Shown here: positions 59,906 to 64,000 of the stretch, in pieces
How positions within the stretch are numbered: position 1 is the stretch's first letter
Layout: each line of letters begins with the position of its first letter
Assembly: GCA_963845535.1 (NCBI GenBank)
Contig: CAWJSK010000018.1
Coordinates: 119,824-183,823, forward strand
DNA from: an uncultured Spirochaetota bacterium
GTDB lineage: Bacteria; Spirochaetota; Spirochaetia; SZUA-6; Fen-1364
Direction: 5' to 3'
DNA: 64,000 bases
The notes under the pieces: generated by a model
The model's database searches: none
Seen by the model: the letters and a program-made list of their open reading frames with translations, nothing else
Told to the model about the DNA's origin: nothing
Position numbers and translations under genes: made by a program

Positions 59906-61531
59906 CCGTTGCCTTCAAGAACATGTCGATGAGGGTCTTATGCTTTGCCGTAGCGCCACTGCAGGTGACCGCATTGGCATTGAACGATTTGTGCGCTGCA
60001 ATCCTCCAGCTTGTGGACCGCCTTTTTACACTCCGGACAGGTAAAGAACTCAAGTGCTTTCTCGCACGCCTCGATGAGTTGGGCTGCCTCCTTGCGGTCC
60101 AAATCGAATGAATGGGACGCCTTATTGCCCCAAGAAACCAGTAGCTTGTCCGCTTCGCGGAAAGCTTCGATTGCTTCGGGATAAGGTACGAACTTCCCAG
60201 TTTCCGATTTTCTGAAGCATTTCTCAGCATCTGAGATGATCTGTGAGAGAAAATCGTGGGCCATCCTGTGATCGTTGCGCTCACGGTGAAGGTAGGGCAG
60301 CCTGATTTTCGTTCCCGCAGCCCGGAGGGCAAGTTCGATGTCCATTATTTTGCGAGCGGTATTTCCGGCGGAATCAGGAGAACTCTTTAGAAATGCGCGA
60401 GCGTCGTCGAATGTGGAGGTCTTTTCGGACCATCGGATTCCAATCTCTGGCTTCTCATAAGGCATGAGGGCTCTAAAGTACCAGTTTGCACCGTCAAACC
60501 GCTGCCTGAGCTCCGCGTACCATTCGCGGTCGTGTGTCATTATGACTACTTGGCGGCCGCTGAACTCCTTTTCCAGGAGCTGGACGATCATCCCCCTATG
60601 ACTACGGTCGAAACTTACAACGACATCATCTAGAATTAGCGGGCGGTCCTTATCTGCTTCTCGCTTCGCCATCGCCAGGAAAATGCAAAGACCAAGACTG
60701 TTTCTGTGACCTTCGGAAAGTGTAAGCCTCGGAGAATCTTGCTCCACGCCGTAAAATCGAAGTCCAATGTCGATTGCCTTGTCTGCTTGCCCGGGGAGGT
60801 AGAGCCTGACGTCCTCAATCTTTTCCCCAGGATGTAATATGCTCCACATCGTCCTGATGTCTTCGGAAATCTCTTTTATGACTTCCTGCGAGTGAAGCCT
60901 GATCTTATCCCGAACAGCGCGTTCGACTCCGTTTAAAAAAGAGATCAAAGCGTCTGCGCTCTTCACTGACCTGTTTATCTTTTTGCCTTCGGACAGAGCA
61001 GTGCACGTCCCTATAGTCTCTTTGTCCGAGGAGAGCTCGTCGACGGCCACAGGTCCTTTCTTCGCTGCCCAAGACGCAGCCTTTATCACCGGCAACAGAT
61101 TGTCTTCGGCTTTTTTCAGCTCGTCCTCGCTGCATGATATTCGGAACGCTTCGACTTTGAGTCCGTCGAGATAGGTAAAGTTTTCGGCAAACTTGACCAT
61201 GTCGTCACGCCACGATTTCACGTCCGCTTTGCGCAGATTTGACTTCAGCGACTTGATGGTGTCGCAGAGTGTTCCCCTGGCTTCTTTGAGTTCTTCAAAA
61301 ACCTCGATGGTCTCCTGGAGTCGTTTCTTCTCACGCGTAACATGCGCTCTGAAATCTTCGGCAGAGATGCGTTGCCCGCAAGCCGGGCAAGTAATTTGCT
61401 CGTCGTCTTCCAGCCTGTCAACAAAAGAACCTGCAGATTCAAGCACTTCGAGTTTTTCAGAAATAAGGGGTTCCACTTCGTCAGCGAGATCGAGACCAGC
61501 AGACCGAACTGCCTTTACGTTTTCTTTTAAA

Positions 61532-62856
61532 GGCGCTTCCGGGTTTCCTATGGGTCAAGACAGTAGAATAATGTAGTCTGATTTCATGCAAGACATCGAA
61601 CTGTACACGAAACTGCTGGGAATACGGGCTCCCTGGAGCGTTACGGGCATTCAGGTCGGCCTGAAAGATCGTTCAGTGACAATCAGCGTCGGCTACGACG
61701 AGTCGGTTCCTGTCGCATGTCCCGTTTGTGGTGGGCAAGCCTCGATCTACGACCATCAGAAGCGTCGGTGGCGGCACCTTGATACCATGCAGTTCAGGAC
61801 AATCATCGAATGCGAGGTACCACGCGTTTTCTGTGAGGGCCACGGTGTGAAACAGCTGCCCGTTGCATGGGCGGAAGTCAAAGGTCATTTCACTGCCCTT
61901 TTTGAGGCACTGGTCATCAGTTGGCTCAAGGAAAGCTCGATTTCGGGAGTTGCCCAGCTACTGAAGCTCAGTTGGGACGAGGTTGCAGGTATTCAAGAGC
62001 GTGCCGTGAAAAGAGGCCTTGAACGCAGGCGGAAGCAACCGCTGAAGGATATCGGCATCGATGAAACGTCATTCCAGAAGCGCCACGAGTACGTCACGGT
62101 GATCTTGGATCGAAACAGGGATATCGTGTTGGACGTGCTGGATGACCGAAAGGCGGAGAGCCTTGAGAATTGGCTGCGGGACAGGCCGGCACATCATTTG
62201 ACCTCGATGCAGACGGTGACGATGGACATGTGGGATCCGTTCATAAAGGCGGTAAAGGCCAGCATATCTGAGGCCGAGGAGAAGATCTGCTTCGATCGCT
62301 TTCATGTGGCCCAGCACTTTGGTAAGGCGTTGGACAAAGTGCGCGCCCAGGAGCACCGACAGATTTTAGCCGCAGAGGGGGAAAGCCCGCTGAGCGGAAC
62401 AAAATACGATTGGCAGAGAAACTCCGCTCAAACGGACAACAGAGCACGTCGGGAGTTTATGTCGTTGTCACGCATGAATCTGAAAACGGCACGCGCATGG
62501 GCGATCAAGGAGACTGCCGCTCAGTTGTGGCACTATATCTACCGTACGGCAGCAGAGGAGGCTTGGAGAAAGCTCCTTGCCTGGATTGCACGCTGCAGAC
62601 TGGAAGCGGTCAAAAAAGTCGGTAGAATGGTGCGTCAGTACCTTTGGGGAATCCTTAACGCGATTGTTGCAGGGGTTTCAAACGCGATGGCCGAAGCGAA
62701 AAACGCACGCATTCAACGCATTAAGAATATGGCCTGTGGGTTTCGCAATCGTAAACGTTTCAGGATGGCGATCCTTTTCCACCTGGGCGGCCTGAACCTG
62801 ATGCCGAAAACTCTGAAATACTTCGGAATCTAGCCCACACGGATGCCGGAAGCGCC
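61532..62856 (+). mobile_element. ISL3-family insertion sequence, 1325 bp, with 23-bp imperfect TIRs and an 8-bp target duplication CTTTTAAA
   Basis: IRL ggcgcttccgggtttcctatggg and IRR (reverse complement) ggcgcttccggcatccgtgtggg match at 18/23. The TSD is at 61524-61531 and 62857-62864. Confidence 0.95.
61586..62833 (+). CDS. ISL3-family transposase
   Basis: CPVCG, RWRHLD, C-x-x-HGV, GIDE, MDMW, FDRFHV, SNA-x-x-EA-x-N and GFRN motifs. Confidence 0.96.
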   Translation: MQDIELYTKLLGIRAPWSVTGIQVGLKDRSVTISVGYDESVPVACPVCGGQASIYDHQKRRWRHLDTMQFRTIIECEVPRVFCEGHGVKQLPVAWAEVKGHFTALFEALVISWLKESSISGVAQLLKLSWDEVAGIQERAVKRGLERRRKQPLKDIGIDETSFQKRHEYVTVILDRNRDIVLDVLDDRKAESLENWLRDRPAHHLTSMQTVTMDMWDPFIKAVKASISEAEEKICFDRFHVAQHFGKALDKVRAQEHRQILAAEGESPLSGTKYDWQRNSAQTDNRARREFMSLSRMNLKTARAWAIKETAAQLWHYIYRTAAEEAWRKLLAWIARCRLEAVKKVGRMVRQYLWGILNAIVAGVSNAMAEAKNARIQRIKNMACGFRNRKRFRMAILFHLGGLNLMPKTLKYFGI

Positions 62857-63618
62857 CTTTTAAATCAGACCCGGCAATGTCCTGGAGGATGAGGTGCTGC
62901 TTCTGTTCGCTTGTGAAACTTTTGATCCTGGCGTTCAGCGTAGCTTCAATCTCTTTACAGAGAGATAACGGGTCTTTGGATTCTTCCGAGTCATCGCAGT
63001 ACTTAGTGTGTAGAGCCTTGATCCTTTGGAGGATCTGCTCACCGCTAGCCGACCCGAATGATGATTCCCTTTTCTTACTGATCTCCGCCAAAGAGACTCT
63101 CAATTCTTTGAGCTTTGCTTGCTGCTCGACAGATTTGGCAAGCTGTCGAAGATTCTCAGCGGCAATTTCCATTTGATGAAGGCCCAAGAGAGGGAGAAGC
63201 ACCGAGTATTTATCACCCTTTGTGTCGCTGATGAAGTTGGCTAGCTCATCCTGTCTGAGTATCGTCCGTTGATACTCCCAGGTGTTCATTTGGGCGGTTT
63301 CACCGCCAGAACTGGTAAAAGTGCCGTTGCGCTTGATTTCAGTTTTCAGCTCAGAGCCGGTCTTGAACTCAACTCGGAGCTCAATCTTGCTATCCTTTGG
63401 TGTATGGGTGTTGATGACTCCCTTCTCCTGGTGCTTGCCACTGTATTCGTGGGAGAGGTGTCCGATCTTGCCGCCACGCAACACGTATTCAACGGCATCC
63501 ACAAAAGAGGACTTGCCCGATCCATTTTCACCGTACACGACAATCGACTTGCAACCCAGATCGAGCGATATCGGGTCGGCTGCACCGCGGAACCATGAAA
63601 GACCTATTGCTTTAAATC

Positions 63619-63834
63619 TCATGTTTTTTTGACTGTCGTGGACGTTGAGGGAGGCGTTATGTCCGCGATCAGAGCTTTTGTAATGTCTGCTAGCTCTGAA
63701 CTACGGAGCGGTCGCTCACTGAGCCGACCCGTGAGAAGCTCCTTGACCCGGTTTGCAACAGATTCACTTGTCGGGTGGGTCTTTTGGGCTTTCTGGATGC
63801 ATTCATCGGCCCAGTTCACATCTTTTGACATCAT
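63619..63834 (-). CDS. Small hypothetical protein translationally coupled to the ATPase
   Basis: 71-aa ORF whose stop overlaps the ATPase start (ATGA), with a GGAG RBS. Confidence 0.55.
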   Translation of the reverse strand: MMSKDVNWADECIQKAQKTHPTSESVANRVKELLTGRLSERPLRSSELADITKALIADITPPSTSTTVKKT

Positions 63835-63890
63835 CCATCTCCATTTGCGCTTGTTTCCTTCAGCCTCAAGCGCATAGAAAGCGAACTCCG

Positions 63891-64000
63891 CTATCTGCCC
63901 CCCTCAGTCGTCTCAATTGCCATGTCGATTGTTTTGAGCAGCGCTTTTTTTTCTGCGGTGGTAAAGTTGATATCTTCTTGAGTCTGCGCAGGATTCGGAC
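63891..64000 (-). CDS. Possible C-terminus of an XRE-family HTH regulator (partial; needs one extra A in an A8 run)
   Basis: Reads VRILRRLKKISTLPPQKK(K)ALLKTIDMAIE..., resembling XRE/RstR-like C-termini. Confidence 0.3.
   Translation of the reverse strand, partial: PNPAQTQEDINFTTAEKKALLKTIDMAIETTEGGR

Larger units (their letters stand above)
59938..63622 (-). pseudogene. Rad50/SMC-like ABC ATPase (RloC-like architecture) interrupted by ISL3
   Basis: N-part has FRG and GENGSGKSS; C-part has a CPAC zinc hook, LSEG, LILDD, THD and C-terminal CPEC/CQC. Removing the IS and one target copy restores an in-frame 783-aa ORF (...GSDLK-ENVKAVRS...). Confidence 0.85.

Noticed and set aside
62678..62856. 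C-terminal tail (GRFRHPCG...) of ORF 62678-63622 as a genuine protein end
   Set aside because: It is read-through into the IS right end; the true continuation lies beyond the IS at 61523 and below.
1..64000. rRNA, tRNA, CRISPR arrays and prophage genes
   Set aside because: None were recognised by eye; a tRNAscan/Infernal run would be needed to exclude small RNAs.

Overview
High-GC bacterial chromosomal segment. It is probably from an uncultured free-living Spirochaetia; this is an inference from the Treponema-type RHS core, the dCache chemoreceptors and the general gene style. In order: (1) a minus-strand oxidative urate/allantoin catabolic operon (allE, a divergent IlvC/KARI paralog, M20 allantoate amidohydrolase, uraD, uricase, uraH, frameshifted allB, DUF3311 + MctP-like symporter); (2) a signalling-rich block (2 GGDEF, 2 MCP, 5 PAS kinases, 2 single-domain receivers) interspersed with a permease-less ABC ATPase/HypB-like GTPase/Fe-S protein trio, a radical SAM/SPASM enzyme, a tandem-fused UvrA, pdxR-pdxS-pdxT, a peptidase-propeller-Omp85 protein, mrp-lipA-FNR and an ABC-2 exporter; (3) a cyanobacterial Slr0320-like cobalamin radical SAM gene paired with a UbiA prenyltransferase; (4) a lower-GC accessory island from about 57.0 kb. 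The island holds an orphan RHS-pesticin-like toxin/immunity pair, a 296-nt structured element, a TA-like pair and an RloC/Rad50-like ATPase split by an intact ISL3 with an 8-bp target duplication. The two strongest leads are the active-site-remodelled KARI paralog filling the ureidoglycolate gap in the purine operon, and the Slr0320-like/UbiA pair, a candidate quinone-modification module. Several single-base frameshifts may be long-read assembly errors. I recognised no rRNA, tRNA or CRISPR array. All family assignments come from motif recognition by eye, not from database searches.
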